A DNA stretch of 58,134 bases from an uncultured Candidatus Saccharibacteria bacterium (GCA_964366435.1 CAYITJ010000001.1:1-58134); one strand, 5' to 3'. Positions 43,219 to 52,879 are shown, numbered from the stretch's first letter. Notes: generated by a model not told the origin, from the letters alone. Numbers and translations are program-made.

Positions 43219-46080
43219 ATGGCAAAAGAGAAATATAACCACGCTGACTTAGATAAACGCGCGCAAGCAGCGTGGGCTGCAGCAGAGTTGCATACAACAG
43301 ACCTTACCAACACCGAGAAGGACCCGTACTACCTGCTCTTTGAGTTCCCGTATCCGTCTGGGGACCTCCATATTGGCCACTGGTATGCGTTCGCGTTGTG
43401 CGACGTATACGCGCGCATGCTGCGCCAGCAGGGAAAAAATGTGCTTTTCCCTATAGGGTTTGACGCATTCGGCCTTCCTACAGAGAACGCAGCTATTAAG
43501 AACGAAGTGGATCCACGCGAATGGACACTGAAGAATATTGAGCGCATGCGCGGACAGATTCGGTCCATGGGTACAACCGTTGACTGGACTCGAGAGGTTG
43601 TGTCTTCGGAGCCAGAGTACTACCGCTGGACACAGTGGCTCTTTGCGAAGCTGTTTGAGCAGGGGCTTGCCGAGCGCAGACTAGCGCCCGTGAAGTGGTG
43701 CCCAAAGGACCAAACGGTACTTGCGCACGAGCAAGTACTTGATGGTAAGTGTGAACGTTGCGGCACGGAAGTGGAGGAGAAGCACCTCACGCAGTGGTTC
43801 CTAAAAATTACCAAGTACGCACAGCGTCTGCTTGAGGATTTGGAGCCACTTCCATGGCGCCAGGAGATAAAGGATGCGCAGCGCGCGTGGATTGGAGAAT
43901 CGAAGGGTGCGAAGCTCTCCTTTGCTATTAGTGGCCGCGAAGAGTCCATAGAAGTATTTACCACACGCCCTGATACGTTGTTTGGTGCTACCTACGTAGT
44001 ACTTGCGCCAGAACACGAGCTTGTCGCCACACTGCTTGATGCGGTGACCAATAAGGATGCGGTATTAACCTATCGCAAGCAGACCGCGCAGAAGTCGGAG
44101 CGTGAGCGCTCAGAGAACAAACAGAAGACCGGCGTACAGCTTGAAGGAGTAATGGCAGTAAACCCCGCCACCAAGGAGGAGATTCCCGTATACATTGCTG
44201 ATTATGTGCTTGCTACCTACGGAACCGGTGCAGTGATGGCGGTGCCCGCGCACGATGAGCGCGATTTTGAGTTCGCTACATTGAAGAGCCTTCCTATTAA
44301 GCATGTGGTCATGCCAGCGCGAGTTGATAACCGCAATCCACATCAAGAAGGGAAGGAGCTAACATATCGTTCAATTGTAATTGCCATTGTGCACAATCCT
44401 CGAACGGATACCTACCTTACCCTCAAGTGGAAGCAGCAGCCATGGATTACGTTTGTAACGGGCGGAGTGGAAGAGAATGAGGATGTTGTAGAGGCTGCTA
44501 AGCGAGAAGTGGTAGAGGAGACGGGTTACACAGACGTGACCTTTAAACAGGTGCTTGGTGGTCCAACGCAGTCTTCATTTTATGCAGCTCACAAGGGTGT
44601 GAACCGATACAATCACGCTACGACGGTTCTTTTTGAGCTTGAGAGCGACGCGCAGGAACCACTTTCAGAGGAAGAGAATGCTCTGCATGAGCTTGCATGG
44701 CGAACGAGAAAGCAGATTGAAAACGACCGACTGCAGCATGCGGAAATGGATATCATCCTAGAGCGCCTCTTCAAAGGCGAGACAGCGATGACCGAGGACG
44801 GTGTGCTCGTTAACTCGGGAGAATTCTCTGGTCGCAACAACCGCGAGGCACTCGAGGAGATTGTTGCGTTTGCTGGGGGAGAAATGGTGACCAACTACCG
44901 CATACGCGACTGGCTCGTGTCTCGCCAGCGCTACTGGGGCTGCCCCATTCCAATTGTGTACGACCCAGAAGGGAATGCGCACCCTGTTCCGCCTGAGCAC
45001 TTGCCGTGGTTACTGCCAACCGACGTCACGAGTGGAACACGAGCTGACGGACAGTCGCCACTTGCAGGCTCCGATGAGCTACGCGAGCGTGTGGTCCGCA
45101 TATTTGGTGAGGGATGGACTCCTGAATACGACACGCTAGACGTGTTTGTGGATTCTTCTTGGTACTACTTGCGCTACCTTGCCCCAAACAGCGACACTGC
45201 GTTCTCCGACACAGCCCTTATGAAGAAGTGGCTTCCGGTAGACCGCTACTCGGGTGGCGCAGAGCACACCACCGTGCACTTGCTGTATTCTCGTTTCTTT
45301 TACAAAGCACTCCACGACTTGGCACTTGTTCCAACCGCAGAGCCGTACGTAGAGCGCTACAATCGCGGACTCATTCTAGGACCTGATGGTCAGAAGATGA
45401 GTAAGCGTTGGGGGAACGTAGTGAATCCTGACGAGATGGTGGAGAAGTTTGGCGCAGACGCTGTGCGCATGTACCTGGCATTCATTGGTCCCTACAATGA
45501 GCCAGGCAATTACCCATGGAAGCTGGACGGGGTACAGGGCACCCGTAAGTTCTTGGACCGTGTGTACCAGCTGCGCGAGAAGGTAGGCGAAGCAGAAGTG
45601 TCTAAGGAGCTTGCAAGCGCGCTTGTGAAGGCCACAAACAAAGTGACCGAAGACACCGAGCGCTTCAAGTTAAACACTGCGGTGGCTGCACTCATGGTGC
45701 TGGTGCGCGAGTTTGAAGCACTACCGATAGTGCCTCGTTCAGCGTTTAAGCAACTCCTCACTATCCTCGCTCCCTATGCGCCACACCTAAGTGAGCACCT
45801 CTGGCAAGAGCAGGGCGGGGGCGGCAGTGTGCACCAAACTTCGTGGCCAGAGCGAGTTCAAGAGGAGGTGTCCGAAGTAACTATCGGGGTGCAGGTAAAT
45901 GGTAAGAAGCGTGGTGAAATCACGTTATCACCAGAGGCGACAGAGGCTGAGGCGGTGCTCGCGGCAAGGGCCATTACAGCGGTTGAGGGGGCACTTTTCC
46001 ACAGGGCTCCTGCCCGAGTGGTGTATGTCCCAGGCCGTATATTGAACCTGGTAGCAGATAACACCGGAGAGGGTGTGTAA
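43219..46080 (+). CDS. leuS: leucine--tRNA ligase with an inserted Nudix domain
   Basis: It has HIGH (DLHIGH), the editing-domain motifs TTRPDTLFGATY and VPAHDERDFEFA, KMSKRWGN and the RDWLVSRQRYWG motif. The Nudix box GGVEENEDVVEAAKREVVEETGY lies at residues 415-437. Confidence 0.95.
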   Translation: MAKEKYNHADLDKRAQAAWAAAELHTTDLTNTEKDPYYLLFEFPYPSGDLHIGHWYAFALCDVYARMLRQQGKNVLFPIGFDAFGLPTENAAIKNEVDPREWTLKNIERMRGQIRSMGTTVDWTREVVSSEPEYYRWTQWLFAKLFEQGLAERRLAPVKWCPKDQTVLAHEQVLDGKCERCGTEVEEKHLTQWFLKITKYAQRLLEDLEPLPWRQEIKDAQRAWIGESKGAKLSFAISGREESIEVFTTRPDTLFGATYVVLAPEHELVATLLDAVTNKDAVLTYRKQTAQKSERERSENKQKTGVQLEGVMAVNPATKEEIPVYIADYVLATYGTGAVMAVPAHDERDFEFATLKSLPIKHVVMPARVDNRNPHQEGKELTYRSIVIAIVHNPRTDTYLTLKWKQQPWITFVTGGVEENEDVVEAAKREVVEETGYTDVTFKQVLGGPTQSSFYAAHKGVNRYNHATTVLFELESDAQEPLSEEENALHELAWRTRKQIENDRLQHAEMDIILERLFKGETAMTEDGVLVNSGEFSGRNNREALEEIVAFAGGEMVTNYRIRDWLVSRQRYWGCPIPIVYDPEGNAHPVPPEHLPWLLPTDVTSGTRADGQSPLAGSDELRERVVRIFGEGWTPEYDTLDVFVDSSWYYLRYLAPNSDTAFSDTALMKKWLPVDRYSGGAEHTTVHLLYSRFFYKALHDLALVPTAEPYVERYNRGLILGPDGQKMSKRWGNVVNPDEMVEKFGADAVRMYLAFIGPYNEPGNYPWKLDGVQGTRKFLDRVYQLREKVGEAEVSKELASALVKATNKVTEDTERFKLNTAVAALMVLVREFEALPIVPRSAFKQLLTILAPYAPHLSEHLWQEQGGGGSVHQTSWPERVQEEVSEVTIGVQVNGKKRGEITLSPEATEAEAVLAARAITAVEGALFHRAPARVVYVPGRILNLVADNTGEGV

Positions 46081-46089
46081 AGGGGATAG

Positions 46090-46118
46090 TTGACGCATTT
46101 GACGGTATCTGGTATAAG
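46090..46118 (+). promoter_or_regulatory. sigma70-like promoter (TTGACG-17 nt-TATAAG)
   Basis: TTGACG lies at 46090-46095 and TATAAG at 46113-46118, with the ATG 15 nt downstream. Confidence 0.45.
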
Positions 46119-46133
46119 AATACAACAAAACAT

Positions 46134-47207
46134 ATGGCTAAATCTGTGGCAAAATCAGCAAAGAAGGCACCTGCGAAATCTGTCGCAGCTCTTTCCTTTG
46201 ACTCTACGGTTCTGGTAAAGAAGCTTCTTGCTGAGGTGCCTGAACGCGCCCGCGAGGTGCTCTCACTACGCTTCGGTCTAGGCACTTCTAGTGAGCGTCA
46301 GACGCTTGAAGCTATCGGCGAGCGCTGGGGTATTACTCGTGAGCGTGTACGTCAGATTGAGGCTTCAGGTATTGAGGCGGTACGCGCTGGCGCTGCGTTT
46401 AAGGCATCCACCGCCGCGTTTACCGAACTTGCAGCACACATTGAATCACTCGGTGGGGTTGTGCCGGAGGATGTACTTCTTTCAGGACTTGCATCCGACG
46501 AGAAGTCTCGTAATCGTTTCCGCTTCCTCCTCGTAGTTGGAAGTGAATTTTTCCGCGAGCGCGAGACCGACGATTTCTATGCTCGCTGGCACGTGGACCA
46601 GAAGACTGCAGAGCTCGTGCACGGCGCGCTTACCCGCCTCTACAGCACACTCGACGATGCTGAGGTGCTCTCTGAAGGAGACATCATTAACCGTTTCCTT
46701 GATGAGTTGAAGGGCGTGAACGCTGCCTACCAAAACGAAGAGATTCTAAAGCGCTGGCTTTCAATTTCTAAGACTATTTCCAAGAATCCACTCTCTGAGT
46801 GGGGACGCGTGGACACGCCTGCTATTCGCACCAAGGGTATCCGTGACTACGCATACCTTGTGATTAAGCAGAAGGGAGAGCCAATGCACTTTGGCGACGT
46901 TGCGAAGTCTATCGTGTCACTTTTTGGTAAAAAGGCGCACGTGGCAACCACCCACAACGAGCTTATTAAGGATTCCCGCTTCGTGCTCGTCGGTCGCGGA
47001 CTCTACGCGCTATCCGAGTGGGGCTTCCAGCCTGGCGTCGTGCGCGACGTTATCAAGGAGGCCCTCGCAAAGAAGCCCCTTACCCGCGACGAGGTAATCG
47101 CTGCCGTAAAGAAGGTGCGCTACGTAAAGGACAACACCATTTTGGTAAACCTTGGCGACACCCGCTACTTCAGGCGCGCAAAAGACGGCACCTACACAGT
47201 AGCCTAA
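46134..47207 (+). CDS. sigma-70 region-4-like HTH plus a C-terminal HARE-HTH-like domain protein
   Basis: The region-4 part reads RAREVLSLRFGLG..QTLEAIGERWGITRERVRQIEASG. The C-terminal part reads HFGDVAKSI..RFVLVGRGLYALSEWG. Confidence 0.65.
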   Translation: MAKSVAKSAKKAPAKSVAALSFDSTVLVKKLLAEVPERAREVLSLRFGLGTSSERQTLEAIGERWGITRERVRQIEASGIEAVRAGAAFKASTAAFTELAAHIESLGGVVPEDVLLSGLASDEKSRNRFRFLLVVGSEFFRERETDDFYARWHVDQKTAELVHGALTRLYSTLDDAEVLSEGDIINRFLDELKGVNAAYQNEEILKRWLSISKTISKNPLSEWGRVDTPAIRTKGIRDYAYLVIKQKGEPMHFGDVAKSIVSLFGKKAHVATTHNELIKDSRFVLVGRGLYALSEWGFQPGVVRDVIKEALAKKPLTRDEVIAAVKKVRYVKDNTILVNLGDTRYFRRAKDGTYTVA

Positions 47208-47285
47208 CGGCTCACCTCGTTCTCTATACACTACCGCGCAGGTCTTCTTGATCTGCGCGGTAGTCTTTATTGCTATACTTGCTAC

Positions 47286-48680
47286 ATGTCATCATCTGGT
47301 CACGGGGGCGGGCTTCCCGGTTTAGACGCACTGCAGCACATGCTGCACGAGTCGTGGGAAAAGGGCGGGACGTCTATCACGGAACGCACGCTTCTTATTG
47401 CTTTTGGTACGGCGCTCATCGCGTTTTTTATCACTGACCCGCGTCAGAGCCTCCTAAACTTTGAGCTTCTGCTCTATCTCACACCCTTATGGATTCCTAT
47501 CGTTCTTTTGAAGTTCTCCTGGGTGCGTTGGGTGCAGTACCGCAGACGTGCATTTAATGCGAAGCAGAAGTACATTCTGCTTGAAATACGCATGCCGCGC
47601 GATACGCGCAAATCCCCGCTCTCCATGGAGGGTATTTTTGCCAATCTCCACCACTCACCAGGTGAATCCAACTGGTTCAAGCTGTTTTGGAACGGCAGTG
47701 TGCGCCCATGGTGGTCGTTTGAAATTGTGTCGCTTGGTGGGCGTATACATTTCTACATTTGGACACGCGAGGTCTACCGCAGATTGATTGAATCATCCTT
47801 TTACTCGCAGTACCCTGGCGTAGAGATAGTAGAGGCTGTTGACTACAGCCTCATGACGGAGCCAGGCCACGCTCCATGGAGCGGCTTTGCCTGTGAATAC
47901 AAGCACGGCAAGCCTGACGCCTATCCAATCAAAACATACGTGGATTTTGGACTTGATAAGCAACCTATGCCAAAGCCCGAGGAGCAGATGGACCCATTTG
48001 CACAAGTACTTGAAACCATGGCCTCCATTGGTCCCCACGAGCAAATGTGGGTGCAGATAATCATACGGGTGTCCAAGGGAGAGAAGTACGGTGGGCGCAT
48101 GAGTGCAGCCGGCAAGCCATTCACCTGGAGAGACGAGGCGAAGGAAGAGATTGAGAAAATTCGTGCAAGCGCGGTGCGTAAGGTAAAGAAGATGAATAAG
48201 GAGACGGGTATTCCATACGAGGAAGACGGATTCCCAAACCCAACAAAGGGAGAGCAGGAGGTTATCAATGCCATTGAACGCAACGTATCCAAACTCCCGT
48301 TTGACGTGGGTATGCGCGGGATTTACATGGCTGAAGAGGGACATTTTCATGGCGGCATGCCAGGAAATCTGGGTATGCTTTGGAAACCGTTTAATTCGGA
48401 AACACTGAACGAAATTAAATGGACTCGTTGGCACGTTGGCTTCAACGATTATCCGTGGGAGGACCCGCATGGCCACCATCATGCGCATGCTATGCACAGT
48501 GCGCTTGATTTCTATCGCCGGCGCGCCTTCTACCACCCACCATATGAGGGCGACTGGATGGTGATGAGTACTGAAGAGTTGGCAACATTATTCCATGTGC
48601 CGTCTGGTGGCATCACCACACCAGGACTTCCTCGCATACCGTCTGCAACGTCTGCTGCGCCGTCTAACTTGCCTACCTAG
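47286..48680 (+). CDS. hypothetical membrane-anchored protein
   Basis: This 464-aa protein has two N-terminal TM segments and no recognised motif. The 247-aa antisense ORF is judged an artefact. Confidence 0.65.
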   Translation: MSSSGHGGGLPGLDALQHMLHESWEKGGTSITERTLLIAFGTALIAFFITDPRQSLLNFELLLYLTPLWIPIVLLKFSWVRWVQYRRRAFNAKQKYILLEIRMPRDTRKSPLSMEGIFANLHHSPGESNWFKLFWNGSVRPWWSFEIVSLGGRIHFYIWTREVYRRLIESSFYSQYPGVEIVEAVDYSLMTEPGHAPWSGFACEYKHGKPDAYPIKTYVDFGLDKQPMPKPEEQMDPFAQVLETMASIGPHEQMWVQIIIRVSKGEKYGGRMSAAGKPFTWRDEAKEEIEKIRASAVRKVKKMNKETGIPYEEDGFPNPTKGEQEVINAIERNVSKLPFDVGMRGIYMAEEGHFHGGMPGNLGMLWKPFNSETLNEIKWTRWHVGFNDYPWEDPHGHHHAHAMHSALDFYRRRAFYHPPYEGDWMVMSTEELATLFHVPSGGITTPGLPRIPSATSAAPSNLPT

Positions 48681-48718
48681 TGCTCGCCAGCACCTATTCT
48701 TGGTGCTATATGTAGGGT

Positions 48719-49768
48719 ATGGAAGACCTTCGCGGTAAGCGCGTATTTGTAGGCCTCTCAGGTGGCGTTGATTCCGCTGTCTCTGCTGCGTTGCTACAGC
48801 AGGCAGGTGCTGACGCCATTGGCGTATTCATCAAAGGCTGGTACCCGCCCGGCATGCCGTGCACCTGGAGCGAGGATCGCGCCGACGCAATGCGCGCCGC
48901 AGCGCACTTACGTATTCCGTTCTATACGTTTGACGCCTCACGTGAATACAAACAAGGAGTCATTGACTATCTTTTGCGCGAGTACGCTGCCGGCAGGACA
49001 CCGAACCCCGACATCATGTGCAACCGAGAGGTGAAATTCGGGGCGTTTTGGAGATTTGCAAAGCAAAACGGCGCAGACTTCATTGCGACTGGCCACTACG
49101 CACAGCAATCAGGTGGTGTACTTTCTCGTGGAGTAGACGCTGCAAAGGACCAGAGCTATTTTCTGTGGGCCGTGCCAAAGAAAGCGATTCAAGACACCCT
49201 CTTTCCCGTAGGCGGTATGCCCAAGGAACGAACACGCGAGTTAGCTATACAGTTTGGCATCCCGCAGGCTGCCAAGCGCGATAGTCAGGGCATCTGCTTC
49301 CTCGGTTCTATCTCGGTGGATGATTTTCTGCGCAGCGAAATTGGAGCGACTTCTGGTATGGCAATTGATGAACAGGGGAAGGAAGTGGGAACTCATGAGG
49401 GTGCGGTGCTTGCTACGCTTGGTGAGCGCGTAGCTATTACTGGTACACAGCCAGGACCTTGGTACGTTGTAAAAAAAGATATGGACACTAACGTCCTTAC
49501 GGTGTCGCATGCGCCAAGTATGGCAGTGGGAGCAACCTCAATCACCATTGCGGAGACTAATTGGTTGCAGGCTGTGGCGCCTAACGAGCCAGTCGTTGCG
49601 CAGTACCGCTACCACGGGCCACGCATTGCAGGAACACTAAGTTCAGACCATGGAGTCTTTGTGCCGTCGGAGAAACTTTCAGAGCCGCTGGCCGCCGGGC
49701 AGTCGCTCGTCATCTATCGTGGGGAGGAATTGCTTGGGGGTGGTATCATAGGCCTTAGTGACTCCTGA
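48719..49768 (+). CDS. mnmA: tRNA-specific 2-thiouridylase MnmA
   Basis: The PP-loop reads GLSGGVDSAVSAALL. It also carries NPDIMCNREVKF and DQSYFL. Confidence 0.95.
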   Translation: MEDLRGKRVFVGLSGGVDSAVSAALLQQAGADAIGVFIKGWYPPGMPCTWSEDRADAMRAAAHLRIPFYTFDASREYKQGVIDYLLREYAAGRTPNPDIMCNREVKFGAFWRFAKQNGADFIATGHYAQQSGGVLSRGVDAAKDQSYFLWAVPKKAIQDTLFPVGGMPKERTRELAIQFGIPQAAKRDSQGICFLGSISVDDFLRSEIGATSGMAIDEQGKEVGTHEGAVLATLGERVAITGTQPGPWYVVKKDMDTNVLTVSHAPSMAVGATSITIAETNWLQAVAPNEPVVAQYRYHGPRIAGTLSSDHGVFVPSEKLSEPLAAGQSLVIYRGEELLGGGIIGLSDS

Positions 49769-50594
49769 AATTATAAAGGCGGACGGCACCGTAGAACCTT
49801 TTGACGGTTCTAAGCTTGAGATGTCGCTCATGCGCGCAGGCGCTTCTGAACGCACTGCGGAACGCATCCGCCTTACGATTCAGTCCTCTATGGGACCGTC
49901 CGTACAGTCGACGGAAATTTATCGCAGAGCTTTCCAGATGCTGCGGCAAGACAGTCGCCCTTCTGCGGCCCGCTACAGCCTGCGTCGCGCGCTCTTTGAG
50001 CTTGGTCCTTCCGGACACCCCTTTGAAGACTTTGTGTCGGAGCTCTTCCGTGCTGAAGGTTGGACGGTGGAAGACCGCAAACTCATTCCAGGCAAATGCG
50101 TCACCCACGAGGTGGACGTATACGCCACTCGTAATGGAGAGACTCTTGCGGCAGAACTGAAGTATCACAATGACCCGGGGTACAAGACGGATGTGAAGAT
50201 TTCACTCTATGTGAAGGCACGCTTTGACGACATTTGGGGATGCGACCCAAACGCAAAGGGTGTGTGCAAAGTGGGCACCGGCTTTTTAATTACGAACACC
50301 AAGTTCACTCGTGACGCTATTCAGTACGCAACCTGTTCAGGGCTGGGACTGCTTGGCTGGACCTATCCAAACGAAGGGAACTTGTACGACCGCATCGTAG
50401 CCGCAGGTCTCTATCCGGTAACCGCGCTCACGCTCCTTAAGAAGGCAGAGAAGCGTCTACTTATTGACGAAGGTATTGTCACCTGCGCGCAGATTCGTGC
50501 GCACCGAGAGGCACTGCGTCAGCTTGGTATTACGCCCGAGCGTATAGGCGCTATTCTCGCGGAGGCAGGTACTTTGTGCTCGGTACAGAAATAG
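49758..50594 (+). CDS. ATP-cone domain fused to an Mrr-like restriction endonuclease fold
   Basis: The GTG start overlaps the mnmA end by 11 nt. The ATP-cone reads IIKADGTVEPFDGSKLEMSLMRAG. The nuclease core reads FEDFVSELFRAEGW..HEVDVYA..AAELKY. Confidence 0.7.
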   Translation: MTPEIIKADGTVEPFDGSKLEMSLMRAGASERTAERIRLTIQSSMGPSVQSTEIYRRAFQMLRQDSRPSAARYSLRRALFELGPSGHPFEDFVSELFRAEGWTVEDRKLIPGKCVTHEVDVYATRNGETLAAELKYHNDPGYKTDVKISLYVKARFDDIWGCDPNAKGVCKVGTGFLITNTKFTRDAIQYATCSGLGLLGWTYPNEGNLYDRIVAAGLYPVTALTLLKKAEKRLLIDEGIVTCAQIRAHREALRQLGITPERIGAILAEAGTLCSVQK

Positions 50595-50597
50595 TCT

Positions 50598-51383
50598 ATG
50601 GCTGACTTCGTAAAGCGATACAACCCAAATAGGAGCACCGACTGGAACTATGGTGGGGCCAAGTGGCGACTCTCGCGATCAAAGATTGAGTTGTTTGTAG
50701 AGTGTCCGCGCTGCTTCTATTTGGACAACAAACTGGGTACCGCACGCCCCCGTGGCCCTGAGTTTAATCTAAACAAAGCAGTAGACGCACTTTTTAAGAA
50801 GGAGTTTGATGTGCACCGCAAGGACGGTTCGCCCCATCCACTTATGAAGACTTACGGGATTGATGCAGTGCCGTTTTCGCACCCAAAGATTGATACCTGG
50901 CGTGAGAATTTTGAAGGAGTTGAGTTCAAGCACGAAGCGACAGGATTTACCGTGTCTGGTGCGGTGGACGATATCTGGGTGAATCCTGCAGGGGAACTTA
51001 CCGTCGTTGACTACAAATCAACTAGCAAGCCAGGCAGTATCACCAAGCTCGGCGACTCTTCATGGGACGCACAGTATCAGCGACAAATGGGCGTGTATCA
51101 GTGGCTACTGCGGAACAATGGTTTTAAGGTCTCTTCTCTCGGTTACTTGGTGTACGCAAACGCTCATGACGACAAAAAGGCATTTGATGCCAAACTAGAG
51201 TTTGAAGTCACGATAGTGCCCTGTGATGGCGAAGCAGACTGGATAGATGATATTTTGCCAAGAATTAAGGAGGTCCTCGAAAGCGATATGTATCCTGCAT
51301 CAGGTAAGGCCTGTGAGTACTGCGCGTATCGCGAAGCGTCCGGAAAGAAGTTACTCGATATTCACAATAAGCACAAGAAATAG
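50598..51383 (+). CDS. PD-(D/E)XK (Cas4/RecB-like) nuclease with Cys cluster
   Basis: It has an N-terminal CPRC, the core VDDIWVNPAGELTVVDYKST, and a C-terminal C..CEYCAY. Confidence 0.7.
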   Translation: MADFVKRYNPNRSTDWNYGGAKWRLSRSKIELFVECPRCFYLDNKLGTARPRGPEFNLNKAVDALFKKEFDVHRKDGSPHPLMKTYGIDAVPFSHPKIDTWRENFEGVEFKHEATGFTVSGAVDDIWVNPAGELTVVDYKSTSKPGSITKLGDSSWDAQYQRQMGVYQWLLRNNGFKVSSLGYLVYANAHDDKKAFDAKLEFEVTIVPCDGEADWIDDILPRIKEVLESDMYPASGKACEYCAYREASGKKLLDIHNKHKK

Positions 51384-51395
51384 AACACACCGCTA

Positions 51396-51424
51396 TTGAC
51401 AGTAGCGCTATTTATGTGTATACT
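51396..51424 (+). promoter_or_regulatory. near-consensus promoter (TTGACA-17 nt-TATACT)
   Basis: TTGACA lies at 51396-51401 and TATACT at 51419-51424, with TG just upstream. Confidence 0.6.
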
Positions 51425-51465
51425 ATTAATACAGTTCCTTTCGTTAACAGCCCAAGGAGGGCAAC

Positions 51466-51870
51466 ATGTGCACTGGATTGAGAACTCGTTCGTTTCTCGA
51501 GGTGGTTCAAAAAACCACGGACGAAGAGCGTGCGTTTCTTCGAGCGGTTGGCTTCGTCCATGTGACGGGTCTTCGCTACGCCGCGGGTTCGTTCGCTGCT
51601 GGCACGCTCGTCCAGACGCCACGTCCGGTGGAACTCGGTCGCTGGGACTCCAACAATGGGGTCGAGGTGATCGTGACCCCTGGCGGTGAAGTCTGGCTGG
51701 CGATGTACACGTGTGACCACAGGCTCGATCGCGAGCAAGTGCGCCTCACGATCAATTCATTCGCTCCAAACGGACAAGGCGCACACGTGCCCTGCAGCAA
51801 CGGGGAAAGCCTGAACATGCACGAAGTGCTGAAGCGCCACGCCAACCCGGACTGGGAGCCTAACTACTAG
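51466..51870 (+). CDS. hypothetical protein (high-GC orphan)
   Basis: AAGGAGG lies 5 nt before the ATG. The gene has its own promoter and a terminator at 51893-51925. No motif was recognised. Confidence 0.55.
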   Translation: MCTGLRTRSFLEVVQKTTDEERAFLRAVGFVHVTGLRYAAGSFAAGTLVQTPRPVELGRWDSNNGVEVIVTPGGEVWLAMYTCDHRLDREQVRLTINSFAPNGQGAHVPCSNGESLNMHEVLKRHANPDWEPNY

Positions 51871-51892
51871 AGCAGACAGTCTAAAACCAAAC

Positions 51893-51925
51893 CCGCCCCG
51901 GATCACTCCGGGGCGGTAATATTTT
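51893..51925 (+). terminator. intrinsic terminator
   Basis: The hairpin ccgccccgg-atcact-ccggggcgg is followed by taatatttt. Confidence 0.65.
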
Positions 51926-51947
51926 ACCTATTGGTTATACTTACCGT

Positions 51948-52208
51948 ATGAAGAGTCATTTCGCAGATAGTGTGCGAGAAGCCGTGCGACAGATACCAAA
52001 GGGCGAGACACGCACCTATGGAGAGGTTGCTGCTGCTATTGGTCGCCCAGGGGCTGCGCGCGCCGTGGGTACGGTCATGCGTGATAACTACGACCCTACT
52101 GTGCCGTGCCATCGCGTCGTTCTCGCAGGTGGGAAGCTAGGACAGTACAATCGTGGAGGACCAGAGAAGAAGCGGGCGCTCCTGCGCGCTGAAGGTGTAG
52201 CAGTATAA
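51948..52208 (+). CDS. ogt: methylated-DNA--protein-cysteine methyltransferase, DNA-binding/active-site domain only
   Basis: It carries the PCHRVV active site and IPKGETRTYGEVA. Confidence 0.85.
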   Translation: MKSHFADSVREAVRQIPKGETRTYGEVAAAIGRPGAARAVGTVMRDNYDPTVPCHRVVLAGGKLGQYNRGGPEKKRALLRAEGVAV

Positions 52209-52210
52209 AT

Positions 52211-52879
52211 ATGGATGTGCGGATTGAAGAGTCGTGGAAGGAGGCGCTCAAAGACGAGTTTGAAATGCCGTACTTCAAAGAGCTCGCGGCGTTTGTGAAA
52301 AGTGAGTACGAGACAGGCACGGTCTATCCGCACCCAAAGAACATTTTTGCAGCATTTGAACTCACGCCGTTTAACGATGTGCGTGTAGTGATACTTGGCC
52401 AGGACCCGTACCATGGCATTGGTCAAGCGCACGGGTTGTCGTTTTCTGTAGTGGAGGGTGTTCGGAATCCGCCATCGCTCCAGAATATCTACAAAGAATT
52501 GGAGAGTGATTTGGGCATACCAGTTGATACCAAGAGCGGAGACTTAACCCGTTGGGCAAAGCAGGGCGTACTGCTCTTGAACGCAACACTCACCGTGCGC
52601 GCAAATACCCCAGGCTCGCACCAAGGGAAAGGGTGGGAGCAATTTACCGACGTGGCTATCAAAGCACTCTCTGATAAGCGCGAGCACCTGGTGTTTATCC
52701 TGTGGGGCAACTATGCAAAGGCAAAGGGCGCGCACATAGACCGAACGAAGCACTTGGTAATTGAGTCGCCGCACCCATCCCCATTCTCCGCGCACTCTGG
52801 ATTCTTTGGCTCCAAGCCATTCAGTAGGACGAATGAATACTTATCTAATCACGGCGTTCCGCTAATAGAATGGCTGTAG
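52211..52879 (+). CDS. ung: uracil-DNA glycosylase (family 1)
   Basis: It carries VVILGQDPYHG, AHGLSFSV, LLLNATLTV and SPHPSPFSA. Confidence 0.95.
   Translation: MDVRIEESWKEALKDEFEMPYFKELAAFVKSEYETGTVYPHPKNIFAAFELTPFNDVRVVILGQDPYHGIGQAHGLSFSVVEGVRNPPSLQNIYKELESDLGIPVDTKSGDLTRWAKQGVLLLNATLTVRANTPGSHQGKGWEQFTDVAIKALSDKREHLVFILWGNYAKAKGAHIDRTKHLVIESPHPSPFSAHSGFFGSKPFSRTNEYLSNHGVPLIEWL

Noticed and set aside
47793-48536. A 247-aa minus-strand ORF lies inside 47286..48680.
   Set aside because: It is antisense to a longer, more protein-like ORF with TM segments, and it has no start context or motif.
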